A DNA stretch of 64,000 nucleotides. It comes from Adineta vaga. Taxonomy: Eukaryota; Animalia; Rotifera. The number at the start of each line of letters is the position of its first letter. The stretch's first letter is position 1. The translations under genes and the position numbers were made by a program. Positions 1 through 14,175 of this stretch are shown here, piece by piece. Location: assembly GCA_021613535.1 (NCBI GenBank), contig CP075495.1, positions 6,014,001 through 6,078,000 of the forward strand, read 5' to 3'. The notes beneath the pieces are model-generated. The model saw only the letters and a program-made list of their open reading frames with translations, was not told the DNA's origin and ran no database searches.

Positions 1-2830
1 TTGCGGTTTTTCATTTCAAATTATTAAACTTCACTTTGAGTTTGTAATGGATGTGAGGACGGACGGCTTTTTAATGATATCGTTTCAGTACCATTGATAC
101 TTGCTACATCTTCACTATAACTAAATATTGACAAAAAAAAGTTATTATTTTTCTTTCAAAAAAGGTTCTTTGTACCTAGTATCCGACATTTGTTCCAAAT
201 CATTGTCAGCATTAATTAATGCTTCATTATAACGTTGAATACGATAAGTTGTTGCTTCCATTTTTTGTTTAACAATTAATAATTCTTGTTCAACAATATC
301 TTTATCTTTTTCCGTTAAATTCAAACGTTTCTCTAAATCCATAATTCTTAATTGTAAAATTTCACATTCATCTTTATTATCACGATTCAATCGATCAGCT
401 AATTTCATTTGGTCATCAGCACGTTTGACTTTTTCATCCATATAAGATAATTCCGATTGTAATTGTTTGATATTATCTTGTAAACGTGCCAATTGTCGTT
501 CACAATGTTCACGTTTAGCAACTTCATAATCATATTGTAATGTTAAAACACGATTGGATGAATTTAATTTTTCTAATTCATTTTTATCCACTAAAGATAT
601 TTGTTTTAATTCAAGTTTTTCTTCAAGAAAAACACACTAGAAAGAAAAGATTCACATCGTTAAATTTGTTTATCGTAGAAGAATACATTTCATCATCATC
701 ATCAAGAGCAATCGTGCATTGAATACATGCATGTCAGTATAGGGATTTTAAAAAAAAGAATATATACAGAGTCATAGATGGTTTTCTGGCAAACTAACAG
801 CGAAGATGTGTTGTTCTTTCAACCTACATTGTCACTGATGCTGCTTAGAATAAAAGAATAATGTTATCTAGAGAAACTGTATGATATAAGAAAAATAAAC
901 TGATAGTTACTTTTTCTTTTAATTGACTATTTTCTTTTTCTATTTGTGCCATTGAATCATATAATTTACTCATTAATCCTTCATGTATTGCATACTAAAA
1001 CAAATGAATGTAGATAATAAAATAGAAATGATGTTAAGTCTTTGCTTTTTTTTAAATACATTTTTCACATGATTTTGATAATTTTGTAGAACGATACGAT
1101 TATGATCATTTAATTCTTCAATCGTTGCTCGTAATTCTTTATTTTCTCGTGTTATCATTGCATTTGCATCCTCAACCTAATTGAAAGAAATTATTAAATA
1201 TACAAATATCTTCGATACATTGAATGTTTCAATTCTACTTACAGATTTCTTTTGTGATTCAAGTGTAACGATTTCTTTTTCCAATTTTTCAACTTCATGC
1301 TTCAATGATTCTTTTGTTTTTTGTAATGTTTTGGTTTCCCATCCCATTTCACTGATATCTTTACGTAAATCGCTGATTAATGCATCTGATGAAAGAAGAT
1401 TATTTGTTGATAAATGCTTTGTTAAACAATTCTGCGATGAAAGTTCTCGTTGAGCTTCTTTGAGACGACTTCGAGTGCGGAATAATTCCCGGCGTAAATT
1501 AATTGAATCAACTAAATGAAAAAATATTTATGTTATGTCTATCTGCTTATATCCTATTTCTATTTCTTATCATTGAAACATTCTCTTCTCTTTTTTGATT
1601 TTACATGAAAAGGTTAATATTACTCAATGAGTTTTGTCTTGATTTCTTATTCAGTTTATTTTTTTGCCTTCATAAATCTCAAGATTCTATCGTGTTTGGA
1701 TCTTTTCGAAGTTTTTTTTGTCGATAATTACGTTCATCAGCTGAATCAATTCGTCTTATTGGTGTTGTTGATACGGAAGAATTCGAACGTGGTGCTGATG
1801 TTGGTGTTTGCATTGTACTTGTTTTTACGGCTAATTCATTAACTTCATTTGTTAATTCTGTAATACGTTGTTCTTTCGTTTTCAAGGTGATTGTCAAAGA
1901 TTTGACCTATATAAATAGATAGGAAAAAACGTAATTGAGTTTTTTTCTAACAAGGAGAACAAAATATGTTATCATACTTGTTGTTCGGTTTTTTTACATT
2001 GAAAAATTTTTGATTCAAATAATGAAAGAATATCCTGATCTTGTTGTTGATTTGGCTGAAAAGAAAAGATAAAATTTAATTGTAATACTAATCTTTACTT
2101 ACTGTGATTTCACAGAAGTTTGAAACGAGTTGAAGTAAAGGATCGTTTGTCTCGATAGTAACTCTATAAGGGAGAGAAGAAAAAACGATTTTTACATTAG
2201 ATAAAAGAAGAGAAAGTAAATTTTTCTTTTACTGATTTTGTAATGCATCACATAGTTGATTTAATTCTTTGATTGTTCTTTCGGAATGTTCAATATGTTG
2301 ATATTGTTCGTTGATTTTGTGTGCTAATTCACTGTTCTTTACTTCAAGTTGTTCGATCTATAAAAATCATATAGACAAGATTTCGATCAAAGAATAATTA
2401 GAAGATTTTACATAATTTCGTATTTGTGGTGACACTTGCGGTTGAGGTGAAGACGGAGCACGTGGTGTTTGAGTTTGTTGCTGATCAATAGTAGCTTGTT
2501 CCGCTAGATAATTCCATTGAATAAATAAATAATCAATTGAAAAAGATTTCTCTTACCAGGTGAAAATGTATAAGTTGGCACTTTTTTTGGGCGGTCACCT
2601 CCGAATTTAAAGACGAGACTGGAAACTTTTGGTCGTGGTTCTTGCGCTTCATTATTTCCATTTGATGATGAACTAGATGATCCTCCTGATGTATTATTAA
2701 CTGTAATCGTCTAAAGTTGAAAGAGAAGAAAAGATGATTTGACAAACGAATGATTTGTAATTACTGATGTCGTTTGATGCATTTTCTGATCAGAAGAACG
2801 ACGTGTGCCTAAATGACGAAGGCGATCCAT
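1..2830 (-). CDS. Multi-exon long coiled-coil protein, family not identified; 3' end runs off the window
   Basis: ATG at 2830 (MDRLRHLGTRRSSDQKMHQTTS) is followed by a GT donor. The next exon gives TITVNNTSGGSSSSSSNGNNEAQEPRPKVSSLVFKFGGDRPKKVPTY. Later exons (ORF pieces 1679-1897, 973-1158, 145-591) are heptad-rich E/K/Q/L sequence joined by short GT-AG introns. Confidence 0.75.
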
Positions 2831-4012
2831 GACGCCCGTGAGATCTGAAGGATACAAAAAAAATCATTCTCGTTGAGTGTTCAAGGATATAAGAAGTAAA
2901 AAGAAGTAAAAGAATGATTGATTAGAGAAGGACAGTTATACCATCTATCTAACGTCCCTCTTCTATTCAATGATATCAATCAATTGATTCGAAATTTGTC
3001 TTTTTTTGCTCACTATAATATATGTAATAAAAACGAATCGATTGTAAAAAAACCAATATGATTATTTATGATCACATACTTGTTGTTTTCTTTTCTTCTA
3101 AGACGAAGAAGAAGAAGAAGAAGAGAAGAAGAAGAAATGAATCCTTTGATACAACAACCAATCGAAATGAATGCAACTATTAAATGACATTTAAAGTTTT
3201 TCAAAAACAAGTCTTTTCAAAAACGACACAATATTTGAGATACAATATTCAAAATGATATTAATAAGATTTTTCTATTCAACATAAATTTGACTAGACCG
3301 TCGAGGAAAATAATAATGTACTTTACACTGATGACTAGCGACAATTTTCGAAAAGAAACGTGATAGCGACATATGATAAAAGAAAATGACATATCATATT
3401 TTTAATTGAATATATTCGATCATATCATTCAGCATTGTATTCAAGAACACTGAGAACTTGTCTATAGAACATTCAAAATACGAACAATTCTATCAAATAC
3501 TATCAATCATCGATCATATATTTGTGAATAAATCTTCATCGTTTGACATAAGCAGGATTTAGTTCAGATACGAACAATTCTTGATCATGATAACCTTGTA
3601 TATTTTTGTCTTCTCTATTCGTTGTTTTTCAATGATTGATACTAAAACAGGTCGAAAAACTGTCTCGAAACAATTCTTTGATTTGTTCTGAATGAGAAAA
3701 GAACCTTGCAAATAAGAAAATATATTTTACATTTACAGACGACTGTTAGTAACGTGTCTACGAAGTCATAAATAAGAAATGAGTTATGATTAATACCTTG
3801 AAATCATTGAAATCTATTCATAGTTCGATCAAAACTATCACTCATATAATCTTATCGTTTTGAGAAAAGTTTCGTATTAGATTGAATTTTATTTCATATA
3901 AAAAGAAATTAATAAGATGATTATTGATACAATTAGATCAAGCTGTTGATCATAGAGTAGTATATAAAAAAGAAAAAGGAATATTTAAGTCATCATTCTG
4001 AATCGGTTGAAA

Positions 4013-6518
4013 TTAACGTCTATGAATTGCACTTGCTGGTCGAAATGGTGTTATTGGTTTAATTTCAGTCTAGAGAAAGAATTTTAACAGTGAAAAAAAA
4101 AACATTCGCAATTGAGATTAAAAATTACTTCTTTGCCAAGATTAGTTTGTTGTCGACCAGGAGTTTTGGAACTGATTTCTAATCGTTTGATATTTGCTTG
4201 TGCATGTGTCATAGTTGGTGTTTGTCCACGTGCTAATTGTTTTCGTGCTTTTTCAATTTCTTTTTCTTGCGAATAATTTTCTTTTTCATGATTAAAAAAG
4301 TCTTGAACTATTACACCTTCAACTAAAAATTGATCTAGATAAAGAGTAAAAACTTCAATTTTAAAATTATCCAAAAGAGATATTCTTACGTCCAAATTCG
4401 TGTTCATAGTCTTTACTCAATTGTAAAACAGTATCTTGTACTTTTTTAAGAGTAAATTCTAAATGTTTACGTTGTTTTTCTTCTTGTACAGCTGAATAAC
4501 CTCGACGTTTAAATCGTTCAGGATCACTTGCTTGACGCTAGAATGAAACACAAAGAATTCTTTCTACGAAAAAAGTCTGTTTTTTTCTACTTGAAATTCT
4601 CGATATTCAGCCCAAACTTCATGCCAATTAGCAAGATTAGTAAATAATTGTTCATTATGAATATAATACATGTTAATTTCTTCTAATTCTTTTTCATGTT
4701 CTTCTAACAATTCTTCTGTAAAATCATCTAAATACAATGAACCTTGTTGATTAGTTGACAATAGTTCATGAAAAAAATCATACTAGAATATAATGGAAGA
4801 AAACTTTCCATTTGTTCTCGTCCATAGAAGCATTTTTCATATTGAGCAAAGATTTCATCGCGAATATTTTCGATATATGTACGCATATTTTGTCGTCGTA
4901 ATTCTTTGCATCGTTCAATTTCTTTTTCCAACTAAAATAATCAATTAAACAACATTTTGCAAGTTTTCAATTGATATACATAATCATTTATACTAGACAA
5001 TTCAAGATTCAACGAAAAATTGATATCAAACTCAGACATAGATTGAAAATTTTCTTCAATATATATGTTAATAAGTCGATCAAGTTCATATTTTCATTAA
5101 CTAAATCTTTTCATTTCAAATGTATACATATATAAATACGTCTAGGAAATCTCTCTCTCCCTCTCTCTTTTTTTTTTATTTTGATTATTCTTTTATATAC
5201 ATACCAGATTGAGATTTACTGATCGATGAGGCTTATCAAGTGGCAACTTAATATGTCTGTCGGACTCGATTAAATTTAATCGTTCGTACAAAGCATTGAG
5301 TGTAGTAACAAGATGTTCAGCCTTCATTCGATTTGCTTGATATTTTGCATGGAGCTATTTTCAAATTAATGAGAAATTTTAATAATCAAAAGAGAGAATG
5401 TAATTTATTACTTGATTTGCAACAGTTAATAGACGTTGAACATTACTTTTCGATAATTCAATTAGATGTACAGGTCCATCAATAAGATGGAGTACTTGAG
5501 GATCATCATTTGGTTGATTATATGTATCATCAAGGTCAAGTTCAACTTTCATTTCATGAATTTGATTACGTGCTTGTTCAATAGCTGATGAACGTTCGTT
5601 CTGATAAGAAAAAGATAACATCTATTTTTTTTCTGTCAAATAATATATCTTGAAATTTACCTGTAAATTTTGTAAATCATTAATATGTTTTTCAAGAATA
5701 TCTTGTCGTTGATCGTAAGGCATATCATCAACTAGAAACATGAATGTCAGATAGATTTTAGAAGAAAGAAAAAAAACTTTTCTCATTACCTTCATTATCA
5801 AAATTAATCATTTTTTCCTCAAGTTTATGACATAATTTCTCTTCGATTATTTTCAATTGATTAATTTCTTCAATTTTTGTTTTCAATACTTGATTGATTC
5901 GATCGAGTAAATCATTAGCTTGATTTAATTGTTCTAATAGTGATAAATTTTCATTGGCAATATTCTAAAACATAAAGTATAGTTTTGAAAAAATCTTTCG
6001 AAGTATAAAAAATTATTCATTTGCTTTACTTCAATACTATAATCTAATTTTAGAAGACGATTTAAATAACGACATTCATCTAAAATAGCTCGAACACGTG
6101 TTTGAATTGTATCGTTTTCTTTTCGTTCAGATTCATTTAGTTCTTGTAAACATGTCTAAGAGAAAATAAAATCGGATCGTTTTGATTTGTTTTTGAAAAA
6201 GAGACATGTTTACTTTTAAATTATGAATTATTGTTTGTTCTTTATCGAAAATTTCTTGTTCATCTAAACCACGTTGTGTAAGATTAGTACGAAGAAGAAT
6301 TAAATTGGATTCAATCCATGAATAGAATGGAATATGTTCAATTCGACATTCAAGTGTTGATTGTTCTTGACGAAGAATTGATGATGATGATGAACTTTAA
6401 AGAAAATAAATAAATAAAAATTTCATAATGAAAAAAAAACAACAACAACAATAATTATTTACTTATTGAATTCATCCGTATTTGGAGGATCTTCTAGTGA
6501 AAATGTACGATCGGACAT
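4013..6518 (-). CDS. PRC1: Protein regulator of cytokinesis 1 (PRC1/Ase1/MAP65 microtubule bundler)
   Basis: Spliced exons give EKEIERCKELRRQNMRTYIENIRDEIFAQYEKCFYG, DDFTEELLEEHEKELEEI and RQASDPERLKRRGYSAVQEEKQRK, which are MAP65/Ase1 hallmark segments. ATG at 6518 (MSDRTFSLEDPP), TAA at 4013-4015. Confidence 0.9.
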
Positions 6519-8469
6519 ATTTTTCTAAATAAAGTTCAAAGAAAATATGATGTAAAGACTAGAAGAAAGAAAAACGAAATCGATCATACGAACAATATGT
6601 ATCACATCAATCAATATCACTCTCTCTATATATATATATTCATTCGGTCTTACCCGCCATTCTTTACGTTTCTCTTTGGTCATATTACGTTGTATCTCAT
6701 GTATCGATGTATCTTCTGTTGTCATTTTTTTCTAATGTATATATAAATATCTATATATCAAGATATTTTTTTTGTCGATCGATTCGATTTTAAATATGAG
6801 ACAAATGAATGTATTAGTTAAGAAAGTCGAATACACAGTTGTCACTTGCCAAAAAAGAAAGAAGCAGAATTTTCCTCTTTTTTTCTCTTTCACACACATA
6901 CAAACACACATCCATTCTCTTCGCTCGGTCTTTTAGTCGAGGAAAAAAAAGAGAAAAAAAAGAGATGCATTGACGTAGTACTGCCGGCTGCTGCTATGTT
7001 TTTTTGTGATTAGTCCTTCTGTCACTCTGAACGAAGAGGAACTGAGAAAAAAATGCAGAAAGAAAAATGCCGAGTTCACGCATTAAACACTAGAACTACT
7101 TACTTTCGCCAATGATCAATGTATATATATTTATATTTATATGAGGCAAAAATAGAATGGAAGTCATATCCGCTCTTCTAAGACAACTTGTCTTTGTTTA
7201 AAAAAACGCCCAATTATGAGAGTTCTTTTATCGACTAGGAAGGAAAATAAAACAAAAGTTTATTTTACATCAAGGACATGCCGGAATATGCTTTTTGAAC
7301 AAATATATTTTATTGAGAGATGAAATTAGTCCTTCCTTTTTACTATCAATCGAACATCTGCGCGCTTCAAGATCAGAGAGAAGAAGAACTGAAACGAGAT
7401 GATTTAACCAACACACGGTGGCATCTATGGAAAGAGAATTTGAACGTACTTTTAGAAAAATTAAAGAACAGCGCAGAACTTATGGATTTTCTCGTCTAGA
7501 TAAAGTAAGATATCCTTGAGAGACAAACAATAGGAACTGTTAATCAAGAAATCAAAAGAACAAATAATTCTTAAAATATATGTTCTATTAGTTAGTCCAT
7601 CTTGATCAGCACCTATAAAAAAAGGAATATAATTCATATTGATTCTCAGTTGAGAACATTGGATAATGAATTTAAAATAGAAAATAATAATCAAGGAAGC
7701 AAATGTCTTACAATACCTTTTCATTAATCAAAATATTAATTACGACGACAAAATACATATATTCGATCTGACAATTTGAACTATAAAAATGAGTTTATCA
7801 ACATCCTCAAATTATTAATTTAGTCTATCTCTATTCAATGACACAAGTCAAATATTTTCAGATCAATTGACATCTAAGAAAATAAACATATCATGTAATG
7901 AAACAACTCTAGATTTATAAGCTACTCGGTCTTAGTTTACATATCAACAAGAGCTGAAATTTATATACGAATTATTCTTCTAATAAAAAAAAAACGAACA
8001 ATTTTTTTTTATACTAATTAATATTCTTTCTGTGATTAGAGAAAAAGGAAGCTTGTTTCTTAATAAACATTTGTCATGTAAATTAATCCATTTTTAAAGT
8101 AACACAAAAATGCATCAGTAATTTTCTTCGGACATTATTTTCAAAATTATAATATCTAATAGAAAAACAAATCGAGATGATTTAAATTTGATATTATAAC
8201 TTTTATTCAGCTGAATAGGTTTATTTTAAAAAAAGAAGAAAAAGAAGAAGAAGAAACGAACAATGTACAACTCGAGCCTTGCTATTGATTATTTTTCTTT
8301 CTACTGTTCCACTCAACAAGAACACCATGACATATATGCATGTATATATATATATATAAACGAGAAACAGTTATTAACTCGACAGAACAAATAATGATCA
8401 ATCACAATGTGAGTATGCGAAATAAATTTAAAAAAAAATAAGGACGGTCGCTAAGAGAAAAGTAAAATT

Positions 8470-11368
8470 TTAACTCGAATGATGATGCGGATGATGATAT
8501 ATAGTAAAATTTTCTCCTGCAATATTTGCATGTTGAGATGGATAATACCAGTGTTCATTTGCTGCGGCTGGTAATGTATACTGTTGCTGTGTAAATGTAT
8601 TAGAATCATAATGAGCATATGGATGGTAATGTTGCGGATGGTGTTGTTGATGGTGAGGATGCATGCTTTTTGTCATGATAACTGATGGTCGATTTGTAGG
8701 TAAAGGTGAATGAGGCGATGAAGGACTTGGACTCGGTGTTGATGTTGATGGTAAATGACGATGATGAGGAGAGGAAGAAGCGAATGATGAAGATGGCGGA
8801 GGTGGTGGAGATGGATAGAAACAGTTTGGTTGTTGTGCTTGCTGTTGTTCACTTGGATATGGAGATAATTGTCGTTGTTGCTTAATCGATACTCGAGATT
8901 GAGCGCTCGAAGGTGAAGATTCAACAACATCAGTTGGACTCAATTGGGATGAAACTCGAGTAGCATATTCTGAATGAGTATAGAAAGAAAAAAGATGAAA
9001 TAATTTTGTCTTATTATTTCAAAGTCAAATAAACAAACCATTTTCTAGTTCTTCATCAATAGCTGGTACAATATGGCCATCATCCACTCTAGAAAATAAT
9101 AAATTTATACCGTTTTTATTCGGATATATTTGACATTTTCTTACCCAATGACTTCTACAACAAGTACAACAAAATTTTCATCATTTGTTTTAGATTGCAT
9201 CATTGTCGCTAATAAATCACACCAAATCCATTTTTGTTCAGTAATTACTTGATTATTATTGGTATTATTATTATTATTATTATTATTTGCATTTGTTTTT
9301 CTTGGATGTTGAGATGATGAAGCAATAACATTCATCTGTAAACGAACAACATTCAAAACAAGTTGTTGTCGTGATGGTACTATATGAAAGGAAAAAAAAG
9401 ATAAATTTAACTTTCGTTTTCTTCATTTACATTCTCGATGAGCTGCAATTAATACTGATAAATCGTCAGGATGTATATAGAGATAGAGTGATGATGTCGC
9501 ATATGTTAAAGACCAATTGAATGTTCGTTGTGATCTATTTTATCGCATACGAAAAGGAAAACTAGGATTAATACTGACAAATTTGACTTACTTATCATCC
9601 ATATGAGTAATATGAAGATTTTCATCAAGTCGAATAACACTTTGATGTTCAGGAATAGGAAATTCATTTTGTGAGGGACTTAAATTAGGAATAATTGCTG
9701 TACCAACAAATCCTAATAGATGATCACCATTCTGTGATGGTCGACGATGATCAGGATGTATCCATCGATAATCACCAATAATTTGTACTGACTATTGGAT
9801 AGAATTATAAATGAAAAAGAAAGATTCAAAATGAAAAGAAAAACAAGAAATTTACTCGATAGCCAGGTGTTTTCATGTTAGGTGCTCGTTTAGTTAAACT
9901 TGAACGCATTCGAATACATAATGATTTTTTAATAAAACGAGTACCATCGGTTGGTGCTTGCATTCTAGGACATTGTTCAACTAAAATATCAAGATAAACA
10001 GATCCTCTGCATTCAATAATGGTATTCAATAATCATACAAAACATGAAACATACTTCTATTACGAAAAGTGTTTTCTGTTACTCTCTAAATCGATTCATA
10101 TCTATCACTATCCGAAAAGCAAAAGATCACTTTTCCATGCTGTAAGATCAATGTTACACATAGTTCACATTCTTTCCGATAAAAAATTCCTCTGTCATTT
10201 ATAATACATTCATATTTCTTTTTATTATTTTTTCGAATAGATAAACGAAACAAAAATAAAAGAGAAAGACGAAGAAATGATTCATTCAATTGTACTCACG
10301 TGATATATCCAAAAGATCGGGATCGTTATTATTTGAATTCATCAAATCCATTGGTAAACTTGTTGTTGGACTTGATGGTGGTAATAATTCAAAACCAAGT
10401 ACATCTGCAAAAACTTTCTTATCATCTTCATGTAAATAATTAAATATAAAATTGCCCGTCATTTCAACCATCGATAAGCCTAAACTGCTGGAAACTGATT
10501 CTGATATATAGAGAATTCTTCCATCAGAACTTAAAGCAAATATAAAACCGTCCAATGACTTTAAAAGAAAAGAAACAAATAAAAAGAAAAAGAAATAAAA
10601 ATTCAGTCTCTTCTTTTTTGCTTTACTTGTAATAATTGAGATGATTCATCGGCATTAAATAATTTAAATGCTTGTTTTCTTGATGGTACTAAATAAGAGA
10701 AAAGAAAAGAGGAATTTTTGTCAAGGGATTTCATATCTTATCCAGTGAGAATTCTAAGAAATCTATCAGATTAACAAAAAGAAAAGAGAAGAAGACAAAT
10801 TTACCATTGATGTCATTTGGCCAAGATGGATCACCATGTGATAAAAATTCATGTAATCGTAAATAACTGATAGTTAAACGAATAATTGAAGCTTTATCAA
10901 GTTGCGCAGCTATTTGTTGTTGTAAAGGTAATAATTTGGATAGATCCGTAAATTCTTTATTTTCAGCACTTCGACGATGTTTCGCAGCAAGACGAGATTT
11001 TGCTTTTCTATCATCATTATTACTTCTAAAAACAAAAAGAAAGAAAATCGATATGACTGGTCAATTTAATTCATCAAACAGCCAATGATATTCTTGAGAA
11101 TTTCAAAATCTCCTATTTACCCATTGAGCCAATTTCGACGATGATGATAATCCATCGAAGTTGGATCATTTAAATTTCCATTGTTTGTCGAATGCATCAC
11201 ATACTCATCGTTATTAGTACCTTCGATCATAATCACACGTGAATCATAAAAACATTGAGATGGTATCATTGTTTGCGATGGATGTGGATAATCGAATGGT
11301 TCACTTGTCGGTTGTTGTTGTTGTTGTTGCTGCTGCTGTTGCTGCTGAGGATGCCACCAAGACGCCAT
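8470..11368 (-). CDS. trh: bHLH-PAS transcription factor, trachealess/NPAS1/NPAS3 class
   Basis: bHLH RKAKSRLAAKHRRSAENKEFTDLSKLLPLQQQIAAQLDKASIIRLTISYLRLHEFLSHGDPSWP; the GDPxW motif is typical of trh/NPAS1/3. PAS-A reads LDGFIFALSSDGRILYISESVS and CIRMRSSLTKR. PAS-B includes YLYIHPDD. N-terminal polyQ and a P/S/H-rich tail. Confidence 0.88.
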
Positions 11369-14154
11369 CGTTTTTCTTTAGTAAACGTTTGTTTGTTTGA
11401 AAAAAAAGAAAAGCAAAAGGATAAAAGAAAAGAAGAATCATTTACTCTCTCTCTCTCTCTCTGTTCTTCGCTCTTCTCAATATATTAGTTTGTTCTCTCT
11501 CTCTATTCCCTATATTTTATTCGAGAAATACATTCCATATAGAGAGAGAAAAAAAATGAGGGATGTGACTATAAAGGAAATGCATCTAAACAGACAAGAT
11601 TTGAGCGAAAAAAAAAGAGAACCGTCTGTTATTAATCGTGTGTGGAAGAGAGAATTAAAAGAATAAATCTGATTTGCTCTGTGCGTCGCAATAGTATCGG
11701 ATATTGTTTTATATGGATGTGTAACTAACTAGAAGAGGGAAAGAGAGAACATCATCGGACAATTAGGAGCCTCTTTATCATCTTGTCTACGCGTTATCGC
11801 TGCGACGTGACTATCGTACGAAAAATGCCTTTGAGTCTGGTTTATATGGACGAATGTCAAAAATCAGAATAAGGAAAGGGAGCAAGAGAGAAAGAAACAT
11901 TGATAATAGGCAAATGAGATGAATAATGTGCAAGAAAATTTCCATGAAATATTATTCTTTTTCGTTTCATACCTCATATCGAATTGATATTGTTGATCAA
12001 CAAGCATACTGCTTTTTTTACTATGTTGAATGATGCATCAATGTATTTCTTTTTTTTTACTTTCTTCTCTTTTGCTCTCTTATCTCATCATCATCATCAT
12101 CAATAAAAATGACACCAATAGTTTTGTCTCTCTTTCTCTCAGTCTATATATATATATATATGTGTGTGCGTTGGCACATTAAATTCTCTTGGGAAAGAGA
12201 GAAAATGTTAATCATTTTTCACTTTACTAAGTTACTTTTTTACTCATTCATATAGTATTATTACATTCAAATGAAGTCTTTTTTTAATGAGAAATGAATG
12301 TTATACAAATTCAAAAGTTTCCTTCTCTTTCCCATCTGATAAATCCAATTAATCATGAGCAAGCAGATAGAAACCGATTGGTAACAAAACTCTCAAAATA
12401 TTTTGTTTCTTTGATCGCGATTGTATATTTAATTGAACAAGAGAAGAAAATTACAATATGAAACACTTCATTAGATCAAATCTTTCTTTTTTTTTTCGTA
12501 GAGAATCGACAGCGTGTAGATTTGATTACTCTATCTCTTTCAGGCGACAACTCATCAGGGGGTACGAGAGCAAAACTAGTGTAACGAAATAAAAAGTATA
12601 GAGATCTAGATGTGAGGAAGGAAAAAGGGGTGGTGCGCAACGACGACGATACAACGTATTGATCTTCTCTTTGTGTCTCGTCTTGTCTATCACAACTATA
12701 GCTGTGCGATGCTACATTTAATCAATGCAAATACTATAGTAGTAATGTTGGTCAAATTTGCATGTGTGAATTCATTCATCATCACTTTTGCTCTCTAACC
12801 GGACGGATACGGACAAATGCAACATCCGTTTGATGATGTTGTTGCTTAGTCATTTTTTTTTCTCTCGATAAAGAATTTAATGAACACAATATCGTTGTAT
12901 ATATTTATATTATTTATGTATCTACTTGTTACTGCGCGCATCATTGACAATGATGAACAAGAAGACCAAAAAAAAAGATAGAGAAAGAAAAAGAATGAGC
13001 TGATTATGGTACGAGCTTTAGAAAAGATTGAAATCTTTGGTGATTTGTATAATAGGAGAGACAAAAAACAATTATCAGTTGATTTGATTTGTTGTACATC
13101 ATCTCATTTCTGGACAAACCACGCCTATTTAATTCAATTAAATTCTCACTTTCTTTCTTTTTCTCATCAAGATATTAACCGTATCAATTCAATGACAGAT
13201 CTTCTTATACACATGCCAAGTATCGATATATATATATATATCTGTATATAATAAAAAAAACACAAAGAATATATCTTTAACATTAAATTGACTAGAATGT
13301 TGAGTCTATCTATTTATCTATCTATCTTTATGCTCTACTGCGAGATGATGGAGCAATGAAGAGAAAAAAAAGTGATGGATGATCTATGCCGTCTAATGAC
13401 TTTTGGTCGCTTAAGCTATAAGCGCATCTGCATCAATTCGAACATTAATTCTGTCTCTGCAATATATCGATGACGATAAGCAGGACGATATAAAACAACA
13501 AGGTTATGTTTGCCGGTATTCGATTGAGAAAAGACTGCTCGAGCGCGCGATTGATTTTACCGAAGTGGCTCGTTAATCCAATGCGGAACGATCAAGATCG
13601 TCATTTTTTTTCTTTCATGTTGTTTTCTTTCTACCTATCATCAATATATACATATATACATATCAGTTAAGTTGTGCTTTAGAGAGACATTGCACTATGT
13701 ATCGCTATCATTCTGCTTCCATTTATATAGAACATGATGATGAATGATCTATACTCCTCCTCTTGCAATGTATGTTTATATTAAGTTGAAAAAAAAAGAA
13801 CTGAAGAAAGAATAACAGTATTTGTTTATGACTTCGTCAAGTTCAATGATAGAGGCTTCTTCTTTGTTTTGTTGGAAGATTGGATGATAAAGTAACGATG
13901 ATGTTATTTATCAGAAAAAAGTTTTTTTTTCAAGATAAATTGAATCAAATATGTAATGATTCTTCCTTCGGAGATTTTCTTTCGATTATCATAAAGAACA
14001 AGAAGCTAAAGACTCTAGAGATGTTCAATTAATATCTATTGTATGTTAGACATGGAAAAGAAAATTGTTTTCTTCTTGTCATTAATTAGTACCGGAAAAT
14101 TCAAAAGATTCAAGTGATTTTTATGGATGACTTTGAACAGATGTTTGATTGTAT

Positions 14155-14175
14155 TGTGTGTGTGTGTGTGTGTGT
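14155..14175. repeat. (TG)n microsatellite, one of many short CT/TA/TG microsatellites in intergenic DNA
   Basis: Direct reading of the tgtgtg run. Confidence 0.9.

Noticed and set aside
973-1060. Hydrophobic C-terminal tail on ORF 973-1158 suggesting a tail anchor
   Set aside because: It is mostly translated intron; a GT donor at about 1061 and an AG acceptor at about 996 continue the coiled-coil frame.
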